Below are positions 1 to 11,901 of a stretch of DNA of 64,000 bases, piece after piece (position 1 is the stretch's first letter; each line of letters begins with the position of its first letter). Source of the DNA: Patescibacteria group bacterium (GTDB taxonomy: Bacteria; Patescibacteriota; Microgenomatia; UBA1406); contig JBAYJK010000001.1 in assembly GCA_041665145.1 (NCBI GenBank), positions 229,629 through 293,628 on the forward strand, written 5' to 3'. A program made the translations under genes and the position numbers. The notes under the pieces are model-generated. The model was not told where the DNA came from, made no database searches, and saw nothing but the letters and a program-made list of their open reading frames with translations.

Positions 1-1
1 G

Positions 2-163
2 GAAATGTTGACTATCAAGAGCGACGATATTAAGGGTAGAAACAAGGCATTTGAAGCAATTATCAAAGGGTTAGAGATTCCGAATGCAAGTGTTCCGGAA
101 TCGTTCAAAGTACTCGTCAAAGAACTAAACGCACTTGGATTAGAAGTTGAAATGTTGAAATGA
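2..163 (+). CDS. rpoB: DNA-directed RNA polymerase subunit beta, C-terminal fragment (gene begins upstream of window)
   Basis: Frame 2 is open from the window edge to TGA 161-163. Translation [53 protein letters not shown] fits the conserved beta C-terminus (EMLT.KSDD..GR ... PESF.VL.KE...LG). It lies directly upstream of rpoC with an ATGA overlap. Confidence 0.85.
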   Translation, partial: EMLTIKSDDIKGRNKAFEAIIKGLEIPNASVPESFKVLVKELNALGLEVEMLK

Positions 164-3100
164 TCGCAGACTTAATTGATGACGTTAGTTTACAAGCAGC
201 ACCTGCAGTTATGCCGGTTGAAACACTTATGTCTGCTGAACAGGCTGAAGAAAAAAGAATAGTGGAAGAAGAGACATTTAAGGCGTTACGTATTAGTCTG
301 TCTTCGCCAAACCAGATAATCACCAAGTCACACGGCGAAGTCACTAAAGCAGAGACAATCAACTATCGAACTTTTAAGGCTGAAAAAGACGGATTATTCG
401 ATGAACGGATTTTCGGTCCGACCAAAGACTACGAATGTTATTGTGGTAAATACCGTCGAATCCGTTATAAAGGTATTGTCTGTGACCGCTGTGGTGTTGA
501 AGTAATATCTTCAAGTGTTCGTCGTGAACGCATGGGACATATCACGCTCGCGGCACCTGTTGCTCATATATGGTATTTCAAATCATCGAGTGCACCGATG
601 TCTTTGGTGCTTGGTATCCCGAGTAATGCAATTGAACGAATCGTATATTTTGCTTTATATCTCGTCAAGGGAATTACTGAGGATAAGAGAAAAGCTTCGG
701 AGGCAATTGTACGTGAACGTGAAAAGACGTTGAAGAGAAGCCTTGATGAATGGTATGCAAAGATGCAGCTAAAGATCACAACAGATGAGGAAAAAGAAAC
801 GGAGCAAATTCAAAAGAGAATAGCGAACAAAGATCAGCAACAAATTGCCATCAATGAAGTGAAGCACAAAATCAAACAACGCAAATTGGTTTTGGCCAAT
901 GAATTCGGAGAGAAGAAAGCGCTTCAAGAAGAATACTACAATCGCTTAGCAAAGCTTGCCCTTACCATCAAGCCGATGGATGTGCTTGAAGAGGAAGATT
1001 ATCTTGCATTTAGGGATTTAGAAATTGACGGCCTTGTGAATGTCGGCATGGGTGCTGAAGTATTGTTGGAAATGCTTTCGAATCTTGATCTCGGGAAACT
1101 CTTAGGTGAGTTAAATAAGAAATTGGAAACCATTAAAGGCGACGGACGTCTGAAGCTTCTTAAAAGGATTCGGACTATTGAAGCATTCATTAAAGCCAAA
1201 ATTGAGCCCAAATGGATGGTTATGACCGTGCTTCCCGTTATTCCGCCTGACCTCAGACCGATGGTTCAGCTGACGGGAGGAAAGTTTGCAAGCTCCGATC
1301 TCAATGACTTTTATCGACGCGTCATTAATCGCAACAATCGTCTTCGACACCTCATAGAACTCGGAGCGCCGAGTATTATTTTGCGGAACGAAAAACGCAT
1401 GTTACAGGAGGCAGTTGATTCACTGATCGACTTGTCCAAGAACACCGGCCGCGAATCGCGTGCTCGGGGTGGGGCGGGAATTAAGAAAAAGAAGTCACTT
1501 TCAGATATTCTTAAAGGAAAACAAGGACGTTTCCGACAGAACCTGCTCGGGAAACGTGTTGATTATTCAGGACGTTCCGTAATTGTCGTCGGTTCCGATC
1601 TGAAGTTAAATCAGTTCGGTCTTCCCAAAGAAATGGCTCTCGGACTTTTCAAACCATTTATTTTGAAAGAGATAATCGTACAAGGTTACGCAACAAATAT
1701 CAAAAGTGCAAAGAACTTTTTTGAAAGTCGAGATGCGGTTGTTTACGATATTCTCGAACAGGTATGTGATAACTATCCGATATTGTTAAATCGTGCACCG
1801 ACACTGCACAAGTTGAGTATTCTGGCTTTCTATCCGGTGCTGACTGATGATATTGCCATCCACCTTCATCCGTGTGTGTGTGCAGGATTCAATGCAGACT
1901 TTGACGGAGATGCTATGGGTGTTTTCGTTCCGTTGTCAGAAGAATCTAAGAGAGAAGCCCGTGAATTCATGTTACCGAGCAAAAACTTACTTAAGCCGGC
2001 AGACGGTTCCCTTATTGCTGTTCCGAATAAAGAAATGGTTCTCGGTTTGTACTTTTTGACCAGTCTTGACGAAAATGTGGAAAAGAAACCCGATACCATG
2101 AAAGCATACGGGTCACTCCAGGAGGCGGTTACTGCATACAATGCGGGGAATGCACCGTTACGCGAGTATGTCAAAATCTTAGTAAACGGTGAGTTTGTAG
2201 AAACGACTATCGGTCGTGCGATGCTTAACAGCAGAATGCCGAAAGAGTTGTCGTATATAAATCATCCCTTGAAAGCGGCAGACGTTAAAGCGCTTGTTAA
2301 GAAAGGTTCCCGCGTACTTGATCAGGAAGTATTGGCAGATCTTATTGACGAATTAAAGAATCTGGGATTTATGGCTGCGACACTTTTCGGTGGCGCATCA
2401 TTTTCCGCACTTGACTGTGTTATATATCCTGATAAAGATAAGGTTGTTAAGCAGGCTGAGGAAGAGGCTGCTGAAAACGAATCTAACTTTATGCAGGGAC
2501 TTATTACAATCGACGAAAAGCGTGAATTATCAAACAATGTTTGGATTGAAACAACAGAAAAATTGGCCGATCTTACCTGGGATTCTTATCATGAAGAAAA
2601 TCCGGTAAAGATCATTATCAAGTCAGGAGGCGCTCGTGCATCCCGTGAACAACTCAAGCAGATTTCGGGTATTAAAGGACTTATCTACGATCCGTTAGGT
2701 AAAATCGTCGAAATGCCGACGAAATCCAACTATCGCGAAGGTTTGACGATATTCGAATATTTCACCAACACCCGTGGAGCGCGTAAAGGTTTAGCCGACT
2801 CTGCTTTGAAAACTGCAGACGCAGGGTATCTTACCCGCCGTTTGGTCGATGTAGCGCATGACGTAATTGTTAAAGAAGATGACTGTGGAGACGAAGTTGG
2901 AATTACCGTCACACGATTGGGCCTCAGAGGAAATAAATTTAACGAAAGAATTGTAAGCAGATATATGGCTAAGGATGTTGTGAAGGGCAAGAAAGTGCTC
3001 GTAGAGCGCAACACGTTGATCGACGAAGCCGTGCTTGAGCTTCTTGAAAAAGAAGAAATCGAGTCAGTGGATGTACGATCGCCATTAACCTGCAAGACAA

Positions 3101-3975
3101 AACGCGGTATTTGCGTGAAATGTTACGGAATTGATTTTACAAGCAATAAACCGACAGAAATCGGCTTTCCAGCTGGCGTAATTGCCGCACAGTCCATCGG
3201 TGAACCAGGAACCCAGCTTACCATGCGTGTCCGCCACTTTGGAGGTATCGTTATCTCGGATGTTACCCAGGGTCTGCCTCGTGTTGAGGAAATTTTTGAA
3301 ACACGAACCCCCAAAATTATTTCACCGATAGCTGAAATTAATGGTAAAGCCAAAGTAACAGAGAACAACGAAACAGACATGTATCAGATTGAGATAACGT
3401 CAACTGACGGAAAAGAAGTGAAGAATTACATGATTCCGATGACTCAAAAGCTGCATGTCAAAAACAGTCAATTAGTTGCCAAAGGAACGCAGCTTTCAGA
3501 AGGGTATCTTAATGTAAAAGAAGTTCTCGAAGTTCGCGGTATCCGAGCGACACAAAACTACTTATTAACTGAAGCGCAAAGTGTCTACGAATCTCAGGGA
3601 ATCGCTATTCATGACAAGCACTTTGAAACAATTATCCGCAAAATGAGCGATAAGATCATTATTGAAGATGAGGGCGACACATCGTTCTTGATGGGTGAGG
3701 CGGTCAGTCGAGATGTGTTGGTTGACGAAAACAAAAAGGTCGTTGCAAAAGGTGGCAAACCCGCGTCAGGAAAGACAGTCATGATGGGTATAACCAATGC
3801 TTCAGTTCTGACCGATTCATGGTTATCAGCAGCATCGTTCCAGAACACGACAAGCGTTCTTACCCGCGCATCAATCCGGGGTCAAATAGATAATTTGTAC
3901 GGATTGAAGGAAAATGTTATAATCGGTAGATTAATTCCAACGACCGAGGATTTAATAGCAAAGTATTACAACTAA
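160..3975 (+). CDS. rpoC: DNA-directed RNA polymerase subunit beta'
   Basis: 1271-aa ORF with the zinc-binding [23 protein letters not shown], catalytic NADFDGD and bridge-helix region [26 protein letters not shown]. Conserved rpoB-rpoC order. Confidence 0.97.
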   Translation: MIADLIDDVSLQAAPAVMPVETLMSAEQAEEKRIVEEETFKALRISLSSPNQIITKSHGEVTKAETINYRTFKAEKDGLFDERIFGPTKDYECYCGKYRRIRYKGIVCDRCGVEVISSSVRRERMGHITLAAPVAHIWYFKSSSAPMSLVLGIPSNAIERIVYFALYLVKGITEDKRKASEAIVREREKTLKRSLDEWYAKMQLKITTDEEKETEQIQKRIANKDQQQIAINEVKHKIKQRKLVLANEFGEKKALQEEYYNRLAKLALTIKPMDVLEEEDYLAFRDLEIDGLVNVGMGAEVLLEMLSNLDLGKLLGELNKKLETIKGDGRLKLLKRIRTIEAFIKAKIEPKWMVMTVLPVIPPDLRPMVQLTGGKFASSDLNDFYRRVINRNNRLRHLIELGAPSIILRNEKRMLQEAVDSLIDLSKNTGRESRARGGAGIKKKKSLSDILKGKQGRFRQNLLGKRVDYSGRSVIVVGSDLKLNQFGLPKEMALGLFKPFILKEIIVQGYATNIKSAKNFFESRDAVVYDILEQVCDNYPILLNRAPTLHKLSILAFYPVLTDDIAIHLHPCVCAGFNADFDGDAMGVFVPLSEESKREAREFMLPSKNLLKPADGSLIAVPNKEMVLGLYFLTSLDENVEKKPDTMKAYGSLQEAVTAYNAGNAPLREYVKILVNGEFVETTIGRAMLNSRMPKELSYINHPLKAADVKALVKKGSRVLDQEVLADLIDELKNLGFMAATLFGGASFSALDCVIYPDKDKVVKQAEEEAAENESNFMQGLITIDEKRELSNNVWIETTEKLADLTWDSYHEENPVKIIIKSGGARASREQLKQISGIKGLIYDPLGKIVEMPTKSNYREGLTIFEYFTNTRGARKGLADSALKTADAGYLTRRLVDVAHDVIVKEDDCGDEVGITVTRLGLRGNKFNERIVSRYMAKDVVKGKKVLVERNTLIDEAVLELLEKEEIESVDVRSPLTCKTKRGICVKCYGIDFTSNKPTEIGFPAGVIAAQSIGEPGTQLTMRVRHFGGIVISDVTQGLPRVEEIFETRTPKIISPIAEINGKAKVTENNETDMYQIEITSTDGKEVKNYMIPMTQKLHVKNSQLVAKGTQLSEGYLNVKEVLEVRGIRATQNYLLTEAQSVYESQGIAIHDKHFETIIRKMSDKIIIEDEGDTSFLMGEAVSRDVLVDENKKVVAKGGKPASGKTVMMGITNASVLTDSWLSAASFQNTTSVLTRASIRGQIDNLYGLKENVIIGRLIPTTEDLIAKYYN

Positions 3976-3980
3976 GATTT

Positions 3981-4406
3981 ATGCCAACCATTAACCAACT
4001 AGTTCGCAAAGGTAGAGAAAAGAAAGTACGTTCACAAAGGGCGTTGGCTTTGAAGAAGTGGTTTAACCATATCACCGGCGGCTACACGACTCAAGCGGCT
4101 CCTTTTAAAAAGGGTGTTTGTACCATTGTGCGCACTATGACGCCAAAAAAGCCAAACTCAGCGCTTCGGAAAATTGCACGTGTAAGACTTTCGAATAAAA
4201 TGGAGGTTACCGCATACATTCCCGGTATCGGACACAATCTTGCCGAACACTCTATCGTGCTCGTGCGTGGTGGCCGCGTTCCGGATCTTCCAGGAGTCAA
4301 ATACCATATTGTCCGTGGAGTCTATGATACATCAGGAGTGGAAAGCCGTAAGACTTCGCGTTCAAGGTACGGTGTTAAAAATATTGCAGCAGCAAAAAAA
4401 AGTTAA
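3981..4406 (+). CDS. rpsL: 30S ribosomal protein S12
   Basis: [12 protein letters not shown] start, [11 protein letters not shown] and [19 protein letters not shown] motifs. Conserved rpsL-rpsG-fusA order. Confidence 0.97.
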   Translation: MPTINQLVRKGREKKVRSQRALALKKWFNHITGGYTTQAAPFKKGVCTIVRTMTPKKPNSALRKIARVRLSNKMEVTAYIPGIGHNLAEHSIVLVRGGRVPDLPGVKYHIVRGVYDTSGVESRKTSRSRYGVKNIAAAKKS

Positions 4407-4417
4407 AAAGATAAATC

Positions 4418-4891
4418 ATGCCACGACGTAAATACGAACATCATAGCGCAACCGCAGACACAAAATATAACAGCATCGCGGTGTCGAAGTTCATCAATAT
4501 TGTGATGAAAGACGGCAAGAAAACCATAGCACAGGATATTGTCTATGGCGCACTTGATATGTTAAAAGAAAAAAAACTAGATCCTATTGCAGTACTTGAT
4601 AAAGTTATTGAAGAAGTGGGACCTAAGTTTACTGTGCGTCCGCGAAGAATCGGAGGAGCCTCATATATGGTTCCGAAAGAAAACACACCGAAACACAGAT
4701 TATTTCTTGCGATAGATTGGGTAGTTTCTGCTGCACGTGACCGAAGCAATAAGGAATATCATTCGTTCCAGGAAAAACTGGTAGCTGAACTTGAGGAGGC
4801 ATATCAGGGAAAAGGCGAGGCCGTTAACAAGAGGGTACAGACAGAGAAACTAGCAGAACAGAATAAGGTTTTTGCACACTTCGCGTGGTAA
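4418..4891 (+). CDS. rpsG: 30S ribosomal protein S7
   Basis: 157-aa ORF between S12 and EF-G. S7-like [23 protein letters not shown] and a C-terminal ..FAHFAW. Confidence 0.95.
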   Translation: MPRRKYEHHSATADTKYNSIAVSKFINIVMKDGKKTIAQDIVYGALDMLKEKKLDPIAVLDKVIEEVGPKFTVRPRRIGGASYMVPKENTPKHRLFLAIDWVVSAARDRSNKEYHSFQEKLVAELEEAYQGKGEAVNKRVQTEKLAEQNKVFAHFAW

Positions 4892-4937
4892 AACTGATTT
4901 CTTTTCCCGCACTCTAATATTTGGTAGTATATTATTT

Positions 4938-7049
4938 ATGGCACAACAAAGCATAGTTACAAAAAATAGGGTAGTAGAACTCGATAAAATTCGAAATATC
5001 GGTATTATTGCTCATATTGATGCAGGGAAGACAACCACAACTGAGCGTATTCTGTTTTATACCGGTCGCAGCTATAAAATCGGCGACATTGACGACGGAA
5101 CAACTCAGATGGATTGGATGGCACAGGAACGGGAACGTGGTATAACTATCGTTTCGGCTGCCACAACAACCTTCTGGAGAGACGTCCGCGTTAATATTAT
5201 TGATACTCCTGGCCATGTAGATTTTACTGCCGAAGTAGAACGGTCCTTGCGTGTTCTTGACGGCGCAGTAGTAGTTTTTGATGCAGAAGAAGGTGTCCAA
5301 TCACAATCAGAAACGGTATGGCGCCAAGCGGACAAATATAATGTTCCTCGTATTTGCTTTATCAATAAAATGGATAAACTGGGAGCAAACTACGACAATA
5401 CAATGAGTCAAATTAAGAATCGTCTGGGTGTAACTCCTGTTTCAATCACACTTCCCATGGGCAAGGAATCGGATTTCAAAGGCGTAATCGATCTGTTATC
5501 GATGAAAGCTATAGTTTGGGATCAGGATCCGGAGGGAACGAAGTTTAGTACAATAGAAATTCCGGCTGAATTCCAGGAAATAGCGAAGAAGAAACGGCAT
5601 GAGCTTGTTGAACGCGCAAGCGAGCATGACGACGGGCTAATGGAAAAATTTATAGAGGAAAAAGAGATAACCACAGAAGAACTAATGCGAGGCATCAGAA
5701 AAGCGACGATTGCCTACAAAATAGTTCCCATTTATTGTGGAACGAGTCTGAGGAATAAAGGTGTTCAACCGATGCTTGATGGTGTTATAGATTTTCTGCC
5801 TTCACCGAAAGATCTTAAAGATCTGGAAGGCGTTAATCCGCACACAGACGCCATTGAGAAACGGAAACTGGTTCCTGAAGAAAAACTGTGCGCATTGGCT
5901 TTCAAATTACAACTTGACTCTCATGTGGGAAAATTGACGTACGCTCGTGTGTATTCCGGTACACTTGAAGCGGGTTCGTATGTCTATAATCCCCGTCAGA
6001 ACATCCGGGAGCGTGTTGGCCGAGTCTTACTGATGCATGCAAATCAACGTGAAGAAATTGATAAAGCGTATGCAGGAGAGATAGTTGCGCTAGTCGGACC
6101 GAAAGATTCAAAGACCGGAGATACGTTGGTTGATGAGAACGCACCGATAGTACTGGAGGCAATTAAATTTCCTGAACCGGTCATATCCATGGCTATCGAA
6201 CCAAAGACTAAAGCTGATCAGGAGAAGCTTTCAATGATACTCAGCAAATTTCTTGATGAAGACCCGACATTTAAGGCTAAATATGATTTAGAAACAGGAC
6301 AGACAGTTATTTCCGGAATGGGTGAGCTGCACCTTGATATTATTGTTGACCGTATGAAACGAGAATATAACATGGACGCGAATGTCGGGAAACCGCAGGT
6401 TGCGTATCGTGAGACAATTATGAATGAGGCGGAAGCGGAAGGTAAATATATACACCAATCAGGTGGTCACGGACAATACGGACATTGTTACTTGAGAGTA
6501 AAACCGCTCGCCCGTGGCGAAGGATTCAAGTTCATAGATGCCATAAAAGGAGGAGCAATTCCGAAAGAGTTCATTGGATCGGTTGAGAAAGGTGTCCGTG
6601 AAGCACTTGATAAAGGTGTCCTTGCCGGTTACCCACTCACAGATCTTGAAGTAACACTTTACGATGGTACATACCATGATGTTGACTCTTCAGATATCGC
6701 GTTCAAGATTGCTGCCTCAATGGGATTGAAGGCTGCGACGAAACAGGCAGGACTTACCATTATTGAACCTGTGATGAAAATGGAAGTCACCGCACCGGAG
6801 GTAAATATGGGAACGGTAATCGGTGATCTTTCGAGTCGTAGAGCTAAGATATTGGGAACAGATAAACGTGGAGATTCCGTAATTATTTCATCTTACGGAC
6901 CGCTTGCCGAAATGGGTGGTTATGCAACCAAAATCAGGTCGCTTACCCAAGGACGCGGGTTTTTCTACATGGAGCCTTCGCATTATGAGGAAGTGCCGAA
7001 GAATGTTCAACAGAAAATCATCGAGGAACGGATGGGAACGCAAAAATAA
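4938..7049 (+). CDS. fusA: Elongation factor G
   Basis: GTPase motifs [20 protein letters not shown] and NKMDK, with EF-G domains IV/V. Start placed at ATG 4938 (MAQQSIV..) because the longer track ORF (4872) overlaps the rpsG end. Confidence 0.95.
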   Translation: MAQQSIVTKNRVVELDKIRNIGIIAHIDAGKTTTTERILFYTGRSYKIGDIDDGTTQMDWMAQERERGITIVSAATTTFWRDVRVNIIDTPGHVDFTAEVERSLRVLDGAVVVFDAEEGVQSQSETVWRQADKYNVPRICFINKMDKLGANYDNTMSQIKNRLGVTPVSITLPMGKESDFKGVIDLLSMKAIVWDQDPEGTKFSTIEIPAEFQEIAKKKRHELVERASEHDDGLMEKFIEEKEITTEELMRGIRKATIAYKIVPIYCGTSLRNKGVQPMLDGVIDFLPSPKDLKDLEGVNPHTDAIEKRKLVPEEKLCALAFKLQLDSHVGKLTYARVYSGTLEAGSYVYNPRQNIRERVGRVLLMHANQREEIDKAYAGEIVALVGPKDSKTGDTLVDENAPIVLEAIKFPEPVISMAIEPKTKADQEKLSMILSKFLDEDPTFKAKYDLETGQTVISGMGELHLDIIVDRMKREYNMDANVGKPQVAYRETIMNEAEAEGKYIHQSGGHGQYGHCYLRVKPLARGEGFKFIDAIKGGAIPKEFIGSVEKGVREALDKGVLAGYPLTDLEVTLYDGTYHDVDSSDIAFKIAASMGLKAATKQAGLTIIEPVMKMEVTAPEVNMGTVIGDLSSRRAKILGTDKRGDSVIISSYGPLAEMGGYATKIRSLTQGRGFFYMEPSHYEEVPKNVQQKIIEERMGTQK

Positions 7050-7066
7050 TTTTCAGTTTCTAATTT

Positions 7067-7516
7067 TCAGTTTTCAATAGTGGTCGAATCCCCAATTTCT
7101 ATATCGTATTTCTGAATAAATCCGGATTTTACTTCCAAAACCGAGTCAAATAAAACAGGAGAATCTATGTATTCTACTCTTCTGTTGTTATGTATCGGAG
7201 CTTTTACATTCTGCACAAGGTGGACGACCGTGTCGTCCCTTATATAAATAAAATCCAGATCAAAAAGCATTTCGTTCATCCAAAACTGTTGGGTCACCGG
7301 AACAGGAAATATAAAAAGCATACCTTCGTGATATCCAATGGGATCATGGTTCGAAAACCCGGCAGCTCTTTCTTGGTCCGTATCCGCAAGAGTCACCTCC
7401 ATTGAAATTTTATTTCCGATAGTTATTCTCTCGTGAGGTTTTGTTTTTGTTGCCCAAACTGTTAGAATACTCATAAAGAGTATCAGGCCGCACAGTAGAA
7501 GAATGACTTTTCTCAT
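7067..7516 (-). CDS. DUF192-family secreted protein
   Basis: N-terminal signal-like MRKVILLLCGLILFMSILTVWA. The GMLFIFP...FWM.NMLFDLDFIYI pattern is typical of DUF192 (COG1430). Confidence 0.7.
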   Translation of the reverse strand: MRKVILLLCGLILFMSILTVWATKTKPHERITIGNKISMEVTLADTDQERAAGFSNHDPIGYHEGMLFIFPVPVTQQFWMNEMLFDLDFIYIRDDTVVHLVQNVKAPIHNNRRVEYIDSPVLFDSVLEVKSGFIQKYDIEIGDSTTIEN

Positions 7517-8552
7517 GATTAAATTTATTATAGACCAAAAGTATAAAAATGAATGGAACAGGGCAGTGTCTCATCCGCTGCAGACGTGGGAATGGGGGGA
7601 AGCACGTAAAGAAAACGGTAACCAAATAGTGCGTATTGGAGAATTTGATGCGGGAGGGAAACTGAAAAGGGCCATTTTCTGCACCGTACACAAAATGCCA
7701 TTCGGGTACACGGTAGTCAACTGTGCTCGGAGCGATTGGCCATCGTTGGATTTATTGGAGTTTATTGGCAGCGAACTTAAAAAAAGACGAAATATTTTTG
7801 TAAAACTGGAACCGGAGGTCTTTCGTGAGGCGGCGGGATTGTACAAGATTCCCTTACTTAAAAAAAAATGGCATGACGGGAAGTTTAACTACGAAAAATC
7901 AAATAGTAGAGTGTTTGCCGAACACACGTTCGTTGTTGACCTGAACCTACCGGAAGATAAACTTTTGGCGAACATGAAGTCGAAAACAAGGTACAATATC
8001 CGCCTTGCTGAAAAGAAAGGTGTTGTGGTGAGGGATGTTACGAATCAACAAGACGGATTTGATACTTTTTATGAATTATACAAACAGACCATACAACGGC
8101 AAAATTACCTGGGGCATTCGTATGAATATCATAAAACGGTTTTTGAGAGAATGCGTATCTATTCTACATTGCTCATCGCGTATTTTGAAGACAAACCATT
8201 AGCAGCATATTATCTGATGTTTTTTAACAAAAAGGCCTACTACGTGTATGGCGGATCTTCCGAAGAAAATAAGGAGGTGATGGCTTCCAACCTCCTCATG
8301 TGGAAAGCTTTGCAGATAGCCAAACAAAAAGGATGTGTCAGTTTTGATATGTGGGGCGCCTTGCCGGAACACTATGATCAAAAAGATCCATGGGCCGGAT
8401 TTCACCGCTTTAAAGAAGGGTACGGCGGGGTGCATAAGGATTATATCGGGTCAGTTGATGTGGTGATGCGGCCGACCGAATACAGAATCTTTTCCGTGTT
8501 ATGGCCATTGCGGACAGCTGTTCTGGAGTTTAAACAACGGCTTAGTCGTTAA
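7515..8552 (+). CDS. FemAB-family peptidoglycan bridge-formation (aminoacyl)transferase-like protein
   Basis: KSKTRYNIRLAEKKGV, YYVYGGSS..NKEVMASNLLMW.ALQ.AK..G, FDMWG and FHRFKEGYGG resemble FemX/FemAB-family proteins. An alternative start lies at 7503. Confidence 0.7.
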   Translation: MIKFIIDQKYKNEWNRAVSHPLQTWEWGEARKENGNQIVRIGEFDAGGKLKRAIFCTVHKMPFGYTVVNCARSDWPSLDLLEFIGSELKKRRNIFVKLEPEVFREAAGLYKIPLLKKKWHDGKFNYEKSNSRVFAEHTFVVDLNLPEDKLLANMKSKTRYNIRLAEKKGVVVRDVTNQQDGFDTFYELYKQTIQRQNYLGHSYEYHKTVFERMRIYSTLLIAYFEDKPLAAYYLMFFNKKAYYVYGGSSEENKEVMASNLLMWKALQIAKQKGCVSFDMWGALPEHYDQKDPWAGFHRFKEGYGGVHKDYIGSVDVVMRPTEYRIFSVLWPLRTAVLEFKQRLSR

Positions 8553-8568
8553 TAGTTGATTGCACGTT

Positions 8569-9081
8569 ATGGATGACGAAAAAGTAGATATCGTAAACGA
8601 GGAGGATGTCGTAATCTCAACGGCACTGAAATCAGAAGCGCATGCTCAAGGACTGCTGCACAGAGTAGTTCTTGCCGAAGTGGTCAACGAGAAAGGCGAA
8701 TGGCTGCTTGTTAAACAGGCAGCAGACAGGCAAGACCCCGGTTTATATGTTAATCCTGTCGGTGGGCATGTTGGTGCCGGCGAAAGTACGACTGACGCGC
8801 TGAAACGAGAGGTGCAGGAAGAACTCAATGTTGCAGTCAATGAATTTGAGTTTATCGGCAAAGCCATTTTTAACCGGGAAGTAAATGGAAAGAAAGAGAA
8901 TCACCTTTTTATCGTGTTTAGAGTACATTCGGAAGAGGAACCGAAGCTCAATCACGAAGCGGTCAGTTACCAGCGGTTCTCGGTAGAGCAAATCAAATCT
9001 ATGTTAGAAGACAGCCCACAAGTTTTCGGAAAGTCGTTCATATTTGTAGCCAACACATTTTTTCCCGATCTTTTTACTTAA
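8569..9081 (+). CDS. NUDIX hydrolase
   Basis: Nudix box GGHVGAGESTTDALKREVQEELNV (G-x5-E-x7-REUxEE). Start at ATG 8569, or TTG 8560 as in the track. Confidence 0.8.
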   Translation: MDDEKVDIVNEEDVVISTALKSEAHAQGLLHRVVLAEVVNEKGEWLLVKQAADRQDPGLYVNPVGGHVGAGESTTDALKREVQEELNVAVNEFEFIGKAIFNREVNGKKENHLFIVFRVHSEEEPKLNHEAVSYQRFSVEQIKSMLEDSPQVFGKSFIFVANTFFPDLFT

Positions 9082-9566
9082 GGTGTTGTTTCTTTGACGA
9101 CAATGGTTTTCACTTCCCCGTTGGGAATGATAATCAGCTCGTTTTTCTCGTTGCGTAAATACACATTTTTCAAGGTTATCTTACGTAACTCTCCGCTGTA
9201 ATCACCAATCCGCACGATTCTTCCAATTTTAATGCTCGGTTCAAAAAGCAGATTGATTCCGGAAATAAAATCACGGATTGTGTTTTGTGCCCCAAACGCT
9301 ACGGCGAAACCAATAATGGATGATGACAATAAGTAGGGTGTCATATCAACACCGAACAGGGATAAAATCGCCAACCCTCCCAAAAAGAAAAGAATGACGG
9401 TAATTCCCTGTTTCATGAATCCAAAAATTGGCTTATGCCGCCCGGGTAAATTTCTTGTGGAAAGATGTAAGAACTTCGCAAAGATTTGATTTATGGCAAC
9501 GGAACCTAACAGTATGAAAACAGCCTTTAAAATTTTTTCCTCCATGCAGTATAATACGTATAGCAT
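9078..9566 (-). CDS. Small mechanosensitive-channel (MscS-like) family protein
   Basis: TM helices followed by NTIRDFISGINLLFEPSIKIGRIVRIGDYSGELRKITLKNVYLRN..ELIIIPNGEV, the MscS pore-helix/beta-domain pattern. Short (162 aa). Confidence 0.6.
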   Translation of the reverse strand: MLYVLYCMEEKILKAVFILLGSVAINQIFAKFLHLSTRNLPGRHKPIFGFMKQGITVILFFLGGLAILSLFGVDMTPYLLSSSIIGFAVAFGAQNTIRDFISGINLLFEPSIKIGRIVRIGDYSGELRKITLKNVYLRNEKNELIIIPNGEVKTIVVKETTP

Positions 9567-9607
9567 AATATTCGGTTTATGTGAAGTGAAATTTATTTAG
9601 TAATTAA

Positions 9608-10654
9608 ATGTACCAACCAAAATTTACTCTGAACAATGCTCTTCTCCTTAATATTGGGAAAATAGAAGCTGCCCGCGAAGTTATTATGAACGCACCGCTT
9701 TTACCGCTCTGGGAAAAACGATTTCAAGAGGATGCATTGGTCCGCGCCATACATCACGGAACGCATTTGGAGGGTAATCAGCTTGATTTCAACGAAGCAA
9801 AAGAAGTTATTTTCAGCCAGAATCTTCACAGCGTTCGTACCCGTGATGTACAGGAAGTTTTAAACTTCAGAAAAGTCATGGATTATATTGAAGAGGAATG
9901 GAAGGAAAAGAAAACCGAAATATCCGAAGGAACGCTGCAAAAGATTCACGGATTTGTGGTCGATAAAATCCTTCCCCCGAATTTGTCGGGAAATTACCGT
10001 ACTAAACGGGTGGTTATTAAAGACAGCCAGACGGGCAACATAACCTTCCGTCCGCCCGAACCGGAAGAAATCCAGTTTTTGTTAAGTGAGTTTTTTAAGT
10101 GGCTTGCGCGGGCGGATAATAATACGGTTTACCCGGTATTGAAAGCGGGTATCGTTCATCATGAACTGGTGCGGATACATCCGTTTTTGGATGGGAACGG
10201 CCGTGTGTCACGCGCGTTAACAACACTTATTCTGTATGTTGAGGGATATGATATTCGACGGTTCTTTTCATTAGAAGAGTACTATGATAAAAATCCGCTT
10301 GATTACTATACTCATCTGCAGGAGGCAAATTCCGGCGATCTTACGTCGTGGTTGGAATATTTTACCGGCGGCCTTGCACATGAATTGGAGAAAATTAAAG
10401 ACAAGATTAAGAAACTGTCTACCGATATTCACATGAAGGATAAGTTAGGAGGCAAACAGGTCTATCTCAATGAGCGGCAGACGAAGCTGATTGAGTATAT
10501 ACAGGGAGCGGGATATTTACAAAATAAGGCATTCACGTCACTTTTTCCCGATTATTCTGAAGATACAATACTCCGGGATTTAAATGACCTTTTGGAAAAA
10601 CAGCTCGTAAAAAAAATCGGCAAAACTAAAGGTGCCCGTTATGAACTCGTCTAA
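9608..10654 (+). CDS. Fic-family protein (AMPylation/adenylyltransferase-type)
   Basis: Canonical Fic motif HPFLDGNGRVSRAL. The C-terminal region looks like a winged helix. Confidence 0.85.
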   Translation: MYQPKFTLNNALLLNIGKIEAAREVIMNAPLLPLWEKRFQEDALVRAIHHGTHLEGNQLDFNEAKEVIFSQNLHSVRTRDVQEVLNFRKVMDYIEEEWKEKKTEISEGTLQKIHGFVVDKILPPNLSGNYRTKRVVIKDSQTGNITFRPPEPEEIQFLLSEFFKWLARADNNTVYPVLKAGIVHHELVRIHPFLDGNGRVSRALTTLILYVEGYDIRRFFSLEEYYDKNPLDYYTHLQEANSGDLTSWLEYFTGGLAHELEKIKDKIKKLSTDIHMKDKLGGKQVYLNERQTKLIEYIQGAGYLQNKAFTSLFPDYSEDTILRDLNDLLEKQLVKKIGKTKGARYELV

Positions 10655-11838
10655 CGCCTATTTGATGTTGTTTGAACTTTTTGAATACTTCCTATAGTGA
10701 AAATAACAAGTGCGACAACTGCGCACACTCCCCCGAAATAGAAGGTTGCAGCCGGCGCAATTGCTGACCATAATAATCCTCCAATGACCGATGCTAACAA
10801 AACGCCGACGCTTGCGATGGTTTGTAGAATTCCGTAAACAGTCCCGCTTTCGCTTTTTGAAATATACTCACCAACCAGTGCTTTTGATACTCCGTCAGTT
10901 AAAGCGATATATCCTCCATAGAGTGCGAATAACAACCAAACGGCTGGCACTGTTTTGTTAATTGCGAACCCGAAGTATACAAGTGCATACAAGACTAGAC
11001 CAACAATAAACACTTTTTTTGCACCCCACTTGTCCGCGAGTATTCCTGCGGGTGTTGAAAGAAGTGTATAGACAATGTTGTACACAATATACACGAGCAC
11101 AACTAACGCAACACTCATGCCGAGTTGTTTTGATTGGAGAATAAGAAAACTGTCGGAACTATTTCCGAGTGAAAAAACAGCGAAAGACAAAAGAAATGTT
11201 TTTAATTCCGGCGACATGGTGCGAAGAGCAAAAGAAAAAGATGGGAGTGTATAGGTTGTGGTAAGTTTCTTTTTTGCCTCCTTGATAAAAAACAATAGCA
11301 ATAGCGCTACAAACGAAGGAAGCGCGGCAATGTATAAAACCAGCCGGATATTGTTGTTAGTTATAGAAAGTAAAACAAGAGCAATTATCGGTCCGATGAC
11401 AGCGCCGAGTGAATCAAGGGATCGGTGTAAACCGAAGACCAGGCCTTTATTATCTTTACTTGCTGCTTCAAGAAGCAGCGCGTCGCGAGAACCCGTACGT
11501 ACTCCTTTACCGAACCGGTCAAGTATTCGCCCGAGAAACACGAACGGCCAGGTGCTGGAAAAAGCAATAATAACTTTTGATATTGCAGAAAAACCGTATC
11601 CTGCAAAGACAAACGGTTTCCTTTTTTGCATTTTGTCGGAGAGATATCCGAGGTATGCTTTCATAAAGGAAGATACTCCTTCAGCAACGCCGTCGATAAT
11701 TCCAATAATAAAGATAGGAGCATTCAGAATCTGAGTCAAAAAGATAGGCATGATCGGGTAAAGCATCTCAGAGGCAATATCATTGAACAAACTGACAAAT
11801 CCAAGAATATATACTGATCCCGGGATTTTGTTTTTCAT
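10651..11838 (-). CDS. MFS transporter
   Basis: 395 aa with about 12 hydrophobic segments. The loop motif GRILDRFGKG between TM2 and TM3 is typical of MFS. Confidence 0.8.
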   Translation of the reverse strand: MKNKIPGSVYILGFVSLFNDIASEMLYPIMPIFLTQILNAPIFIIGIIDGVAEGVSSFMKAYLGYLSDKMQKRKPFVFAGYGFSAISKVIIAFSSTWPFVFLGRILDRFGKGVRTGSRDALLLEAASKDNKGLVFGLHRSLDSLGAVIGPIIALVLLSITNNNIRLVLYIAALPSFVALLLLFFIKEAKKKLTTTYTLPSFSFALRTMSPELKTFLLSFAVFSLGNSSDSFLILQSKQLGMSVALVVLVYIVYNIVYTLLSTPAGILADKWGAKKVFIVGLVLYALVYFGFAINKTVPAVWLLFALYGGYIALTDGVSKALVGEYISKSESGTVYGILQTIASVGVLLASVIGGLLWSAIAPAATFYFGGVCAVVALVIFTIGSIQKVQTTSNRR

Positions 11839-11901
11839 AATTTTATTATAACAATTTGCCTTATTCTGTATAATGTATGAGTTACAATTTTAAATTTATC
11901 T

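Noticed and set aside
117-3848. About 20 short-to-medium ORFs (roughly 70-120 aa), on both strands, that overlap rpoC in the track (e.g. 117-362, 1866-2174, 2730-3095)
   Set aside because: All lie inside the strongly supported rpoC reading frame and have low-complexity or Ser/Leu/Arg-rich translations typical of overlapping alternative-frame (shadow) ORFs. None has a recognisable motif.
11258-11734. 158-aa plus-strand ORF antisense to the MFS transporter
   Set aside because: This is a shadow ORF. The MFS frame has clear TM periodicity and the loop motif, while this frame is Ser/Arg/Pro-rich with no domain.
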